Shown piece by piece: positions 1-10,990 of a stretch of 47,920 nucleotides of DNA. Below the pieces are notes generated by a model. That model saw only the letters and a program-made list of their open reading frames with translations. It searched no databases and was not told where the DNA came from. A program made the translations under genes and the position numbers. Source of the stretch: a virus. Taxonomy: Duplodnaviria; Caudoviricetes. The DNA lies in IMG/VR virus record IMGVR_UViG_3300038974_000756, positions 1 through 47,920 of that record; one strand, written 5' to 3'. Positions within the stretch are counted from its first letter, which is position 1, and every line of letters starts with the position of its first letter.

Positions 1-13
1 GGTAGACAACACA

Positions 14-904
14 TTGCTACGTTCATATCCTCTTCGTATTACTACATTCACTAAGATGTCTGATGAAAATAATCCGCAAGTAATACGCACACTAGAAATA
101 GGGCTTATCAGCGATTGGTTCTACGCACAAGAACGAAGAACGGTTGCATATAAGGGAAGTGTTTCGGCTATTGCCTCAGAAGTACTGCGAGGAGATTCCT
201 TCTTTACAGGAGGAAGAAAAACATTCATTGAAGGTAGCTCTGATGAGGCATTCGCACGATACAGAAGTGGGGATACTCAAGCGGATTTTCTATCTACAAT
301 AATGAAGTATGGTGTGCATGAAAACTCCCCACTCTTTACATATATGGATCATAATAGTAACGTGTATGTTAAATCGTGGAGTAGCATGCAAACAAGTAAG
401 CTTCCGTATATTCTTTCACCGTTAAAGGAACCTGTAGGCTCAACTGTATATGCAGAAGATGGAGTACTTCTTCTTCCGATGTATGGATATAACTTCTATT
501 CGCGAGGTACACGCTTATCCTCTCAGCGTTCCTACTCCTTCGACACCGCACATGTTCCATATAACCCTCCTAAGCAAATACATATTGATTCTATCGAATC
601 CGAATCCGCTATGGTGCGTAAAAAATCCCCTCCTGGAGATGGTGAGAATTATCACTGGTGGATCAATCCTCAGGACGCGGTAGGTCTTGCGCTCCACGAT
701 GCTATTGAATACGATCTACAGTTGTTTCAGCTGGTAACTATTGTAGACAGCGTAGCAGCGCGAGGTGTTAATATCGGTAATTCGCTCACTGTAGCTTTTC
801 CTCAAGCTGATAGTAAGGAAACTGGAGAGTATGTAATTCGTAAAATTGAAGAAATTTGGACGAAAGATGGTGTCTTCAGCGAACTATATTTGAGCAAATT
901 CTAA
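14..904 (+). CDS. Putative baseplate hub / late-control D-like protein (probably 5'-truncated by window)
   Basis: 296-aa ORF; C-terminal GEYVIRKIEEIWTKDGVFSELYLSK resembles hub (gp27/gpD-like) C-termini; lies upstream of a spike-like gene. Confidence 0.5.
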   Translation: MLRSYPLRITTFTKMSDENNPQVIRTLEIGLISDWFYAQERRTVAYKGSVSAIASEVLRGDSFFTGGRKTFIEGSSDEAFARYRSGDTQADFLSTIMKYGVHENSPLFTYMDHNSNVYVKSWSSMQTSKLPYILSPLKEPVGSTVYAEDGVLLLPMYGYNFYSRGTRLSSQRSYSFDTAHVPYNPPKQIHIDSIESESAMVRKKSPPGDGENYHWWINPQDAVGLALHDAIEYDLQLFQLVTIVDSVAARGVNIGNSLTVAFPQADSKETGEYVIRKIEEIWTKDGVFSELYLSKF

Positions 905-919
905 TCTCTACTAATTTTA

Positions 920-1549
920 ATGATGAAGTATTCTATTTATCTCGCTCGCATAGAAGGTGCAGCGACAGCTGAAGACTCTCGCGTACAAGTTCGTGTTCTC
1001 CCTGATATGGAGGATTTGGAACAAAACGTCCTCCCTCTTTGGCCTCATTTTTTCAGGAATGAAGCAATTACAGGTAAACCCGGAGCGCTCGTCTGGGTAC
1101 TCTCTAATGAAGAGTATACTACGGGCTACATATTAGGATATGCTAATTTCTTTTCCTGGAGAGATGAGTATGAAAACGCGTCTATTCCATCTAACCTATT
1201 TGATGTTCTTGACGACGCTAATATAAACCTGCAAGGTAAAATATTAAATTATTCTGACATTCAAGTTACGTTCTGGAACGAGAATACTCTGCATTTTATC
1301 GAGAGATCAACTGGAGCATCAATAATAGCATACCGTAGTGGAACTATATATACAATCAGTCCTGGACTTGTCGATGTTGCCGTGGGAAGTAGTATATTTC
1401 GCATTACCCCTGAAGAGATTGTACTGAGCGCTCCAACTGTACGCGTAGAAGGGGAAATAAAGCTCGGTACTAACCCGCAAGGAAAAGTATTTGTAAGCGG
1501 TGGTTCTGGGGGAGCTAATTCTGTTCCATCGAAGGATGTGTGGGCATGA
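920..1549 (+). CDS. Putative baseplate spike (gp5/gpV-like OB-fold) protein
   Basis: N-terminal DSRVQVRVLP...PGALVWV...GYILG pattern typical of gp5/gpV N-domains; beta-rich C-terminus. Confidence 0.55.
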   Translation: MMKYSIYLARIEGAATAEDSRVQVRVLPDMEDLEQNVLPLWPHFFRNEAITGKPGALVWVLSNEEYTTGYILGYANFFSWRDEYENASIPSNLFDVLDDANINLQGKILNYSDIQVTFWNENTLHFIERSTGASIIAYRSGTIYTISPGLVDVAVGSSIFRITPEEIVLSAPTVRVEGEIKLGTNPQGKVFVSGGSGGANSVPSKDVWA

Positions 1550-4500
1550 TTACTATAGTTGAAGACACAAAAAATTTAACTCAAGCATTAACAATAACTG
1601 AAGATGATGGTACGATATCAGAATTAGAAGCAGTAGGCTCTGCATTAAAATCTCTTGGAGCATCGTCTGTTAACTTATTTCGCTCTTTCCAAACTCCTTC
1701 AGATGTAAGTAGCGTAGGTGCTGCTGTTGGACAAGCTGCTGCGGATTTCATTGATGATAGCCTGCAGGGTATCTATGACAAACTTAAGCAAACGCGTAAG
1801 GTTAAACTAAAAACATTATTGAACTTATCCGGAGGAGCGTTTGCACGTACTCCTGATGAAACACTGCAAGTTATTGCGGAACGCCTTACCGGGCTTGTAA
1901 CAGACTTTGCTCAAAATATGGGCAATAGTATTATGAACGATCCAGAGGTAAAAGCATCTATCTACGCCTTAGAGGAAGTGCAAGCTATTGCTCAAGTTGC
2001 TTCCGATATATTAACTCTCTACTATGCAGTTAAGGATCTTGCGGATGAACTAGAACCAGCTTTTCCTATACTGGAAATAATCTCTAATGCAGCGTCTATT
2101 TGGGCAACTGGTGGAGGAGTAGTTCCAGAAATGAGCTCACGAGCTGCTCAGATGGCCATGCAGGAGCTAAAGAAGCTTGTTCCTCTTCTCTTATACCCGT
2201 TGAAAGAGCAAATTCTCAATAGTGAAGTACAAGTGCCTGTTCTTCTTCTTGGAGGCTTGCAACGATTACAAACAGCAGAGGCTCAACAGCGCTGGGCAGA
2301 AACTCAAGAGGGAGTAGAGACATGGTTGAATGTTCACCAATCCCAGTATCAAGCTGTTGTGCAGGATCTTACATGGACGCGCACATACGACGCTGCAACT
2401 GCTGCAGCTGAAGCAAATGTAATTAGTCCATATGTTCGCGCTAGTGTTAGCAGAACAAAAGCAGGCCGTGATTTACAAAGACGTGAAGAACAAGGAGAGA
2501 ATGCTTGGAAAGAATTTACTTCCGCATCCGCGTTCTCTGATTCTATTCCACGTGCTTTAGAATTCGATCAAGAGGAGATTATTAGTCTTTCAAGAGAGCT
2601 CGTGCAAGCCCAGGATTCGTCTACAGCGTTCTATGTAGATAGACAGATGCATCGTCTTGTACTAGAAGAGTTAAAGGCTGATGGAGCTCTTATTGATATT
2701 GAAAAAAGAACATACGACGAAAAGGGTACTAAAAATGCTCCGCGTGGGGATCGTGCTGCCTTTAAAGAAGTAAACAGAAGAATTACAACATATCATAATG
2801 TATTGCAGGTGCTTACAGGAGAAATACGCGCTAATATTACTGAGGATATTCCTGTTGTTGACTTTTACCGTAAGAATCAAACAAGCTTACGATATGTATA
2901 CAATACGCTGAGTTCTGGAGCCCCTGATTTTACTACAATATCCTCTATTACAGATGAAGGATATCTTTCACCGACTGCCCCAACATCTACAGAACTTCTT
3001 TCTGAAGAAACCCCATTCTTTATTAACTTCGCTCTATCCCAATACGATCCAAAAATTCACTTTTATAATACGCGTGCGCGCTTCCCTAAGATTCCAGATA
3101 TACAGGTAGATTACGCACGCGCCGGTGATGAGGGGTATGTACTGCGAGCATCTGGTCTTTTGAATGGATTATTTACTTCCCCCGCTACATATGCTGATAA
3201 CGGAGAAGACATAGAAACATGGCAGTGGGGTCTGCAGGAAGGTGAAGATGCTATCGATTATCAAGATCTCGCTGCTCAATATGGAGTATCAATACCCCTT
3301 GGAGTAAAGTATACTCCCACTCATCTTATTGGGGGCAGCAGCGAACGTACTATAGTACCACGACCGCTTGCATACACCCCTTCAAATCCTACACTCGATT
3401 ATGATTCGTTAGGAAATCCATATCCAGGGCTAGCAACAAAGCATTATGAAAATCTGGTAGATGCTGTAGAAAATCAAATGATTACTGCTCATCAGCTAGA
3501 TGCTACTACATGGGCGTCCTTGGGTGGGTTTCTCGAAGATGTGGTAACAATTCACGATAAGCGACAACGTACTATTGTAGGAAGGAAAAAGAAAGTTTCC
3601 TGGAAGTGGTCCGGGGTGGGTGGAATAGTATCTGTTACCCCTTTACGTACATATACTCCTATATATGGAATGGTTTCGGATGCAGCATACGGAGAAAAGT
3701 TAGACTATTTCGTAGGAGATGAAGATAGACTTAATCCGACTATCTGGAGTGGCAAAATATCTGGAAGTAATCTTTCGTTAAATATCGATCAAGATTCTGA
3801 TGACATCGCTGTCAACGCCAAATTTATACCCTCACGACGACGTTTGTGGGGATGGTTGTGGAGTACGCAGCATACATCTCAAACCACGGCTTGGATAGAT
3901 CATCCATCACGAGTATTTAATGTGCAGCTTAATGGGTTGAGCAGGCTTCCAGCTGCATCAGGAAATGTAGTAATCGAGAAAATAGAATGTATTATGCCTC
4001 AGGAGGTTATTCGAAAGAATTCATTATCTGTAGGACTTCTTGGAGAAGGAGGAAGCAAGCAAGCACGATTACTTATTCCTACAGAACATACTGCTACACT
4101 TTCCACCTCGCAGTTTCCTTCATTTCCTAATAAGATGTACTTGCTATCTACTACAGCGCTTGGTTTTGAAGTTACAGCTCCTCGTTCTCTTTGTACGTTC
4201 TATAATGAAAACTATATATTCTCTATGGAAGTACAGGCAGTAGATTATGTTCCTTCACCCGCTGAGTGCGATAATTTTTATATTACATATAATGGTACCA
4301 CATATGCATACGAAGAAGGAGTGCATGATTCATCATTAAAACCAGAACTGCATGTAGTTGGTTCTTCTTGCTATATATATACGCTTCGACCTAAAGAGAT
4401 AACATACGCTGCTACGTCTCTTAATATGAAGCCTGCAAAATACCCGCGTGAGTTCCTATCGCTTACTCATGTACTAGGACAAGAGGTATTTAGTAACCTG

Positions 4501-6621
4501 AAAGAAGATGTAGAAAGAATGCGCGGTATGGATATTGCTGTCGGACTTCCCGCTATCTCTGCAGAGGATTTGTTTAAGAACTATAAAAGAAATAATTCAA
4601 GCAACTCGCTACGTGCTCTAGATCTTATGTCTGGGCGCTCAGGAGCAAATAAGGATTACCTTAAAAGTGTGCTAAGGGGAGTGTTAAAGGATATTCCTAT
4701 TATTACTACTGCTCCCGTAGAGGTGATAAACGATGAGGGTGTTGAGGAAATAAGAGAAGTACCTGATGTGACTCTCGAACAAATGCCAGCACTGCTTAAA
4801 CCATTAATTGAAACTGCTAATGATTTTGATTTGTTAAACAAATACACTCCTGATATTGATATATCGACTTTTGTATCACGTATTCAAAGTAAAGAGTTCC
4901 ATCAATTATATGAAGAGATTGATTCATTAATGACGAAAATAGACTCAGGAGGAGATTTATATAACATCTGTTTAAATCTCGACGCTAAATTAGGTAATGC
5001 TGCGGATCCGTGGCTTTCTGTAGGGGATGATCCTACTGATCATATTGCCCCTGGAGACTTAGAACGAATAGCCGAGTTCATAAAGACATCGCTAGAAGGA
5101 GACGAAGCAACAGATGTTCCAGTACGCTTTATTGCCGGGCAAACAGCTCCGCAAGGATCGCCGAGTAGCCTCTATTACCAACGATATCTATTCCTTAATA
5201 ATAGAATGCATTGGACGAGCGGGCATCTCGCACAAGCAGCTCAGCGCATGATAAACTGGCAGGACGCAGAAGGAGCACTCTCTTTAGGAAATAATAGACT
5301 AGAGGCCTACGAGGATTACATTAGCACTGCTCCTGTACTAGACATGCCACTTCTAGAATACTTTGTTGAGGAACGTGATTCAGAAGGAACTGTTATTCGT
5401 GAAGGTAAGTTTTATAATAAGGAAATATTACAAGCTGTTGAGGAATCTATTAATGATAAGTGTTTACTTGCTTGTATCCCTTGCCCTGTTGCTGATAGCT
5501 GCCCCTTCTTCAGTAGAGACAAAGTAATACGTGAATTTATCCCCGCCGCTGATAGCGTAGAGTTATGGTTAAAGGATAATCAATTAAACCTCCTTGTATA
5601 TGAGCAGGATGGAGAAAAAGAATATCTTGATATTAAGACAGCAGAAGGAAAGCTTCTTGATATCAATAGGTACAAGGATCGTCAAAAAACATATGTAGAA
5701 ATCGTACGTAACCCAGCTACAGATATATCATTAGCAGATGTTCGTAACGCTATAGCAAAGCGAATACCTAACTACTGTACTGGCGGGGATACCTATGCTG
5801 ATGAGCTGGGATGGCTACAAGGCGGACGATACGGATCACTGAAGAAGTCCATCGCGCATCCTGATGATCCAAAAAGCCATCGGTATTTATATGATGCAAT
5901 ATTTGTACGTGATGAGGATACAGAATTTATATATACAAATTCTACCAATTACTATCCTGTACGTATAGAAGCTATAGAAGGAACAATGCATAATGCATAT
6001 GAAGAGCCTACTGTATATGAGGGACGTGTGCGTATAAAAATTCCATCTTCGCTACGTATATTCGAAGGTGTAAGCGCTGATTCAGATATATACCTTGTTT
6101 CGGATGATACACAAGATGCAGGAGGTAAACCTATCTCCCCCATTATCTATATTAATACATTAGGTAACCTTCAAGTATCATTCGATCTTACTGAGGATAA
6201 CCCTCCTGCTACTGAAAGCACAGGAATGGATGATGTTGTAGAAGACCCTTCTCCTGAGGATATAGCTCAGTGGCATGCAAATACATACAAGTGGCTATCA
6301 GAGGGGTATGATCAATGGTGGATGTCGAAGGTACGAAAGAAATCTCCAGATAGCACAAATAAGAATATTACATTAGAAGGAAGGAAGCGCATTCCTGATG
6401 TGGTGGATCCTCTTGTTACCGAAACTCCCGATATTGAGAGTGTAGTAAATGGTAAGCCGTTTGTAAACACATATGTTAATTTTTTACGAAAGGTACGTAT
6501 TCGTCTCAGCTGCTTCCAGTGGGTAAAGGGAGCAGGAGAAGATGCTGAAATAATAGAGATTAAAAAGCAAACACTTACTAACATGAAGACGAATGTACGC
6601 CTTGTAGTAATAAAAAAATAA
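1540..6621 (+). CDS. Large (1693 aa) putative virion/baseplate protein
   Basis: Long ORF overlapping the spike gene stop; no catalytic motif recognised. Confidence 0.5.
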   Translation: MGMITIVEDTKNLTQALTITEDDGTISELEAVGSALKSLGASSVNLFRSFQTPSDVSSVGAAVGQAAADFIDDSLQGIYDKLKQTRKVKLKTLLNLSGGAFARTPDETLQVIAERLTGLVTDFAQNMGNSIMNDPEVKASIYALEEVQAIAQVASDILTLYYAVKDLADELEPAFPILEIISNAASIWATGGGVVPEMSSRAAQMAMQELKKLVPLLLYPLKEQILNSEVQVPVLLLGGLQRLQTAEAQQRWAETQEGVETWLNVHQSQYQAVVQDLTWTRTYDAATAAAEANVISPYVRASVSRTKAGRDLQRREEQGENAWKEFTSASAFSDSIPRALEFDQEEIISLSRELVQAQDSSTAFYVDRQMHRLVLEELKADGALIDIEKRTYDEKGTKNAPRGDRAAFKEVNRRITTYHNVLQVLTGEIRANITEDIPVVDFYRKNQTSLRYVYNTLSSGAPDFTTISSITDEGYLSPTAPTSTELLSEETPFFINFALSQYDPKIHFYNTRARFPKIPDIQVDYARAGDEGYVLRASGLLNGLFTSPATYADNGEDIETWQWGLQEGEDAIDYQDLAAQYGVSIPLGVKYTPTHLIGGSSERTIVPRPLAYTPSNPTLDYDSLGNPYPGLATKHYENLVDAVENQMITAHQLDATTWASLGGFLEDVVTIHDKRQRTIVGRKKKVSWKWSGVGGIVSVTPLRTYTPIYGMVSDAAYGEKLDYFVGDEDRLNPTIWSGKISGSNLSLNIDQDSDDIAVNAKFIPSRRRLWGWLWSTQHTSQTTAWIDHPSRVFNVQLNGLSRLPAASGNVVIEKIECIMPQEVIRKNSLSVGLLGEGGSKQARLLIPTEHTATLSTSQFPSFPNKMYLLSTTALGFEVTAPRSLCTFYNENYIFSMEVQAVDYVPSPAECDNFYITYNGTTYAYEEGVHDSSLKPELHVVGSSCYIYTLRPKEITYAATSLNMKPAKYPREFLSLTHVLGQEVFSNLKEDVERMRGMDIAVGLPAISAEDLFKNYKRNNSSNSLRALDLMSGRSGANKDYLKSVLRGVLKDIPIITTAPVEVINDEGVEEIREVPDVTLEQMPALLKPLIETANDFDLLNKYTPDIDISTFVSRIQSKEFHQLYEEIDSLMTKIDSGGDLYNICLNLDAKLGNAADPWLSVGDDPTDHIAPGDLERIAEFIKTSLEGDEATDVPVRFIAGQTAPQGSPSSLYYQRYLFLNNRMHWTSGHLAQAAQRMINWQDAEGALSLGNNRLEAYEDYISTAPVLDMPLLEYFVEERDSEGTVIREGKFYNKEILQAVEESINDKCLLACIPCPVADSCPFFSRDKVIREFIPAADSVELWLKDNQLNLLVYEQDGEKEYLDIKTAEGKLLDINRYKDRQKTYVEIVRNPATDISLADVRNAIAKRIPNYCTGGDTYADELGWLQGGRYGSLKKSIAHPDDPKSHRYLYDAIFVRDEDTEFIYTNSTNYYPVRIEAIEGTMHNAYEEPTVYEGRVRIKIPSSLRIFEGVSADSDIYLVSDDTQDAGGKPISPIIYINTLGNLQVSFDLTEDNPPATESTGMDDVVEDPSPEDIAQWHANTYKWLSEGYDQWWMSKVRKKSPDSTNKNITLEGRKRIPDVVDPLVTETPDIESVVNGKPFVNTYVNFLRKVRIRLSCFQWVKGAGEDAEIIEIKKQTLTNMKTNVRLVVIKK

Positions 6622-6640
6622 GCCTGCAACAAGCAGGCTT
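6620..6640. terminator. Bidirectional hairpin between convergent genes
   Basis: AAGCCTGC-AACAA-GCAGGCTT inverted repeat. Confidence 0.65.
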
Positions 6641-6646
6641 ACTCAC

Positions 6647-7699
6647 TTAATCCATTTCTTCCGGAGGACGAATATCGTCCTCTTCTTCATGTACCTCTTC
6701 ATGTTCTTCGTCTAGCACAGTTTCCTTGCAAAGCATTTCATTTATTTGTCTTTTGACTTGCTCAAATAATAGCGGTTGCTCTTTTAAGAATGTAAGAACT
6801 CCTTCACGTCCCTGAACCTTCATTCCCCATTCTTCATTAGAGAACCAAGCACCCCCTTGTTTAACAATACCAAGATCAACAACGAATTGCATATACTCAT
6901 CTTCACTGTTGAATCCATTCTCAAAGGAAAGCTTAAGCTCAGATTCGCGAAACGGTACTCCTATTTTATTCTTTTTATTTTTTACTGCACAAACAATTCC
7001 TGTGATAAGCCCTTTATTTTTGATATAATCAATGCGTGTAATACGCCCTCGCCAACTGCTATAGTATTTTACTGCATATCCCCCAGGGGTGGTGGTTGTG
7101 GGACCCCACATAGCCCCAACATTCGCTCTCTCCTGATTTATGAGAATCAAAGATGTTTCATACTTTGCTAGATACGGATTAATGAACTTAAGCCCATTAC
7201 TGAATACCTTAGCTGCTGACCCAAAGTTAGCTTTAAAGGCATCATTCATCTGATCAATAGACGGAGTAGCCGCAATACTATCTATAATAACAAGCCCTAC
7301 AGGAAGTTGCTCCATAATCTCTTTCAACAGCTGAAATCCAGTCTCTCCATTCTCAGGACGCAATAAAATGAAGTCGTCTTGATCGGTGGAGAGCCCTAGC
7401 TTATTAGCAAACGCTTCATCAAAGGAGTATTCAAAGTCCATATATACCACAATAGGACGGTCGTTCTTCTTTTGTATCTCCCCTCCAATATACGTAGCAA
7501 GTGTAGATTTACCTGAGCTCTCTGGTCCGAAGAACTCATAAATTCTTCCCTTACCAAAGCCCCCTCCAAATATGAAATTCAGAGATGGGGATTCCAAAAA
7601 TACTCGCGGGATTGTTCCTACCACTTTTACATCTGTTACTGCTTCTTTGAATGCACCTTTTAGTTTGCCTAAAACAGATGCTACTGATTTATTTGCCAC
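6647..7699 (-). CDS. recA: RecA/UvsX-family recombinase
   Basis: GRIYEFFGPESSGKSTLA Walker A, VIIDSIAA Walker B, LINQER, TTPGG, KNK and GAWF motifs. Confidence 0.95.
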   Translation of the reverse strand: MANKSVASVLGKLKGAFKEAVTDVKVVGTIPRVFLESPSLNFIFGGGFGKGRIYEFFGPESSGKSTLATYIGGEIQKKNDRPIVVYMDFEYSFDEAFANKLGLSTDQDDFILLRPENGETGFQLLKEIMEQLPVGLVIIDSIAATPSIDQMNDAFKANFGSAAKVFSNGLKFINPYLAKYETSLILINQERANVGAMWGPTTTTPGGYAVKYYSSWRGRITRIDYIKNKGLITGIVCAVKNKKNKIGVPFRESELKLSFENGFNSEDEYMQFVVDLGIVKQGGAWFSNEEWGMKVQGREGVLTFLKEQPLLFEQVKRQINEMLCKETVLDEEHEEVHEEEDDIRPPEEMD

Positions 7700-8159
7700 T
7701 GCTTCCGAATCCTCCTTCTCCTCTTTCTGTTTCGCTTAATTCTTGCACTTCCTCTAGCATAACATGTATACGAGGAATGAAGAATATTTGTGCTATGCGA
7801 TCTCCCTTATTAATATAATGCCCGCGATTAACTCTGTTGTACAAAGGAACGAGAATTTCACCCCGGTAGTCTGGATCAATAACAGACACTCCCGTTGCTA
7901 CTACAACTCCTTTGGTACCTAATCCCGATCGTGATGCTATGATTCCTGTTAAGTAAGGAGGTATCTCTAAATGAATACCCGTGTGAATAATACGTGTGTC
8001 CTCTGGTCCTATAAGAGCACCCTCTATTGAAACTAAATCCCAGGCTGCTGCCTCCTCCGACCCCTTAACGAGTTTTGCTTCAGGATGCATCTTAATAAAT
8101 TTTACACTGCCCCCAACAATATGCGGCGTATTTAATTCAAATATGTGTTCGTCACTCAA
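7689..8159 (-). CDS. dut: Trimeric dUTPase
   Basis: AAAWDL, SRSGLG, VIDPDYRGEI, GDRIAQ, RGEGGFGSSG motifs. Confidence 0.95.
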   Translation of the reverse strand: MSDEHIFELNTPHIVGGSVKFIKMHPEAKLVKGSEEAAAWDLVSIEGALIGPEDTRIIHTGIHLEIPPYLTGIIASRSGLGTKGVVVATGVSVIDPDYRGEILVPLYNRVNRGHYINKGDRIAQIFFIPRIHVMLEEVQELSETERGEGGFGSSGK

Positions 8160-8896
8160 TATCTATACTCCCTTGTGTCTGGTGATCTCTCCGGAATGCT
8201 CTTATGAGCATTAAATAACTCTGATACATATATATGAAAGTCCTGTATAGGGACTGCTTTTAATAAATCTACAAATCGTCCGTAGTCAAATGCTTCTTCC
8301 TTATTGTAATACATAGCAATAGATTTAATCGCCCCAAGCGTACTGGGGCTCCAAGCTACTATACTCTTAGTTTTTTCACGAAAATGTTGCACAGCTAGGA
8401 ACATACACCCTGCAAGTGGTTCTTTAATATTATCTAGCTTTGCATGAAAGTTTTTACGCGAGAAATTTTGCGTGTTACAGGTAGCATTTAGTTCATTATA
8501 GAACGCTTTAGACTTCTCTTTTTGCCTGTATTCCTTCTCGGCTTCTTCATCAAGTATTCTTGCTATTGCATCAAAGTTTAATGCTACGCGGCGTGAAGCA
8601 GGCATACCTACTTTCGTTACTGTAACTAATCCTTTTGCTTGTAGCTCACGTAATACTCTCTTCTGTTTAAATTCTGAAAGATTCATAGTCTTGTAAAGGA
8701 AAGCAACAGGAAGTGGAAAGCTATCCAACTCATCAACACTGTGATGAGAAATCATATATTTATAAATGCTAATAAGTTCGCAGAGAATAATAGCAAGTGT
8801 TCCATCTCCAGCGAAATAGCGTAGCACACGTTTATTTACGATAGTGAATGCATCTGTTGCAAGCACCCCAATTACAAGAGATCTATTATCTATCAT
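8156..8896 (-). CDS. Putative replication initiator / winged-HTH DNA-binding protein
   Basis: LSEFKQKRVLRELQAKGLVTVTKVGMPASRRVALNF resembles phage initiator N-terminal wHTH; inside replication module. Confidence 0.5.
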   Translation of the reverse strand: MIDNRSLVIGVLATDAFTIVNKRVLRYFAGDGTLAIILCELISIYKYMISHHSVDELDSFPLPVAFLYKTMNLSEFKQKRVLRELQAKGLVTVTKVGMPASRRVALNFDAIARILDEEAEKEYRQKEKSKAFYNELNATCNTQNFSRKNFHAKLDNIKEPLAGCMFLAVQHFREKTKSIVAWSPSTLGAIKSIAMYYNKEEAFDYGRFVDLLKAVPIQDFHIYVSELFNAHKSIPERSPDTREYRY

Positions 8897-9189
8897 TGTA
8901 ATAAATACTCCCCCAATACAATCATAGCTTCATCGTGCGTCTTTGATTTTTTCATTTTGGCAAGTACCCGCATAGCTGATCGAGATTCCTTACCTACTTC
9001 AAACAACCCACGCTGTTTGAATGTTCTCTCGGTTATTTGTATTGCTTCATCCCGTGAAAGCGTACGATAATTTTCTTCGCGTAATTCATTTTCAAACAGA
9101 ATAAGAATAGCTTTTTTAACAGGATTTAAATCCCATTCCAGCGCTTCTTTTCGTTCATTCTCAAAGTACTCCTTACCTACTGTTTTCAT
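8893..9189 (-). CDS. Hypothetical protein
   Basis: 98-aa ORF coupled by 4-nt overlaps to both neighbours. Confidence 0.6.
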   Translation of the reverse strand: MKTVGKEYFENERKEALEWDLNPVKKAILILFENELREENYRTLSRDEAIQITERTFKQRGLFEVGKESRSAMRVLAKMKKSKTHDEAMIVLGEYLLQ

Positions 9190-10295
9190 GTTACTCTCCG
9201 TACTGGTCGTGTTGGTGGTTTATTACTATGCTTAATATAAAACATAGCTAGAGAAGCTATGATATCAGCGCGTCGTACATATGGTTTTTGTAATGCAGGA
9301 TAATTGGTAATAAGCTCGAAAAGAGAATCCACATATGGATTCGCTGCTAGCTGCTTAGTGCTGTGCAAAAACATCTCATTTTTTATATAGCCTGTTTGCT
9401 TAAAAATCATAACATCCGCCAATACTGCAGTCATATAGTTGTACAGCTCAGCTGGATCAGCTTTATAAATAGATTCCCAAAGTCCTTCATCCTTCGATAG
9501 TGAGAGTACTCCACGCAATATATTATATGTAGCAACTTCATCAACTGTTGAAAAGGCATCCTGCAACGCTGCAATTGTGTAATACTCACCTACTAGAGCT
9601 GCTTCTAGGTATTGTAATGCTGAGCGTAACGACCCCTTGCTAGCGGAGGCAATGAACGAAAGCCCTTCTGTCTTAAATGTAGCAGGAATAGACTCATCAT
9701 TCCAATACCCTTTCCTTTCCATAATAGCCTTCAATGCAAGCATTGTTTCTTTCACAGAAAAGGGTTTGAAATTAAACACTTGACATCGTGATTGAATTGC
9801 TGGAGGAGCTCCCCCTTGTTTCATGGAGAGGAGTATAAAGTGCACATCATCCTGTGGGTGCTCAAGAATCTTAAGTAGAGCATTAATAGCTGCTGAACTA
9901 AGTTGATCGGATTCCTCTATAATAAAAACACGCTTAGGATCATACATAGGACGTACTTTGATAACAGATGTAAATTCAATTACTGAATCCTTCTGCCCTA
10001 TTTGAGAGCCGTCCAAACGCATCGTATCGCGATCAAAGCGCTCCTCTATAATAGATTTACATGATGCGCATACTCCACACGGATTGCCTCTTTTATCAGT
10101 ATGCTGACATTGCAGGCTCATAGCTATAATTTGAGCAACTGTTGTCTTGCCCGTTCCATACATTCCTTGCATAAGCATAGCCTTAGGCCAGGTGCGTGTC
10201 TCCGCACGCTTAATTAGATCCTTTTTTATACGCTCCTGCCCGAGAATATCATCGAATGTGTATGGACGTAGTTGTATAGAAAATTGTTCCATCAT
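9186..10295 (-). CDS. dnaX: DNA polymerase III gamma/tau-like clamp loader subunit
   Basis: RPYTFDDILGQ, GMYGTGKTT, CGVCASC zinc site, IIEESDQLS, ALLKILEHP, IQSRCQ, GSLRSAL. Confidence 0.9.
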   Translation of the reverse strand: MMEQFSIQLRPYTFDDILGQERIKKDLIKRAETRTWPKAMLMQGMYGTGKTTVAQIIAMSLQCQHTDKRGNPCGVCASCKSIIEERFDRDTMRLDGSQIGQKDSVIEFTSVIKVRPMYDPKRVFIIEESDQLSSAAINALLKILEHPQDDVHFILLSMKQGGAPPAIQSRCQVFNFKPFSVKETMLALKAIMERKGYWNDESIPATFKTEGLSFIASASKGSLRSALQYLEAALVGEYYTIAALQDAFSTVDEVATYNILRGVLSLSKDEGLWESIYKADPAELYNYMTAVLADVMIFKQTGYIKNEMFLHSTKQLAANPYVDSLFELITNYPALQKPYVRRADIIASLAMFYIKHSNKPPTRPVRRVT

Positions 10296-10350
10296 TCCTC
10301 CACATGATCAATATACACACAACATACAGAAAGTTTACGATAAAAAGCTC

Positions 10351-10437
10351 CTAGTACTGAACGCTCTAGTGCTGAACAAAGTTCAGGTATATATAATAAT
10401 ATCATTATATAAAAATATAGTAATAAATAATACTAAG
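10351..10437. repeat. Short direct/inverted repeats plus AT-rich tract (candidate origin or divergent promoter)
   Basis: CTAGTACTGAAC (10351) and CTAGTGCTGAAC (10366), inverted GTTCAG (10381), then about 50 nt almost purely A/T; between divergent operons. Confidence 0.4.
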
Positions 10438-10510
10438 CTGTGAATTCTTTAAATTATAGGAAATGAGCTTGCATATTGAGAATAACTAATTATGTAAGGA
10501 GATAACAAGA

Positions 10511-10987
10511 ATGTCTAATATCGTCTATAATGAATTTATATATCAATTTATGTTGCAACAACTCAACGTACAAACAGCGGTACTGCGTGTAGCATTATTT
10601 TCGAGTGGCTATACACCAAATCCTGATGATCTTACATACAGCGCAATCTCTGCGTTTGAAATTACCGGTAATAACTACACTGCTGGTGGGAAGGTACTAG
10701 ATAACGTATCACTAGAAAAAGATACAAGTAATGATATTATTAAGATGCATGCTGATTTGATTACATGGGAAAGCTCTACTATCACTGCTCAGTATGCTGT
10801 AATTTATGAAGAAGCAACAGGCACATTGCTCGCTTGCTTTGACTTTGAAACTCAAAAAACATCGTTAAATGGAAATTTTTCTATAGAATGGCCAGCTGAA
10901 GGTATTATACAGATTGGCGGTCAATCTTCTACGTTCGGATGCGATCCCTATTATTTTACATTAACAAGTACTCCTGTTGAGGAATAA
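10511..10987 (+). CDS. Putative phage structural protein
   Basis: LRVALFSSGYTP..EITGNNYTAGGKVL..ITAQYAVIY..NGNFSIEW pattern common in phage tail/head accessory proteins; preceded by ACTAAT motif and AAGGAG. Confidence 0.6.
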   Translation: MSNIVYNEFIYQFMLQQLNVQTAVLRVALFSSGYTPNPDDLTYSAISAFEITGNNYTAGGKVLDNVSLEKDTSNDIIKMHADLITWESSTITAQYAVIYEEATGTLLACFDFETQKTSLNGNFSIEWPAEGIIQIGGQSSTFGCDPYYFTLTSTPVEE

Positions 10988-10990
10988 TAC

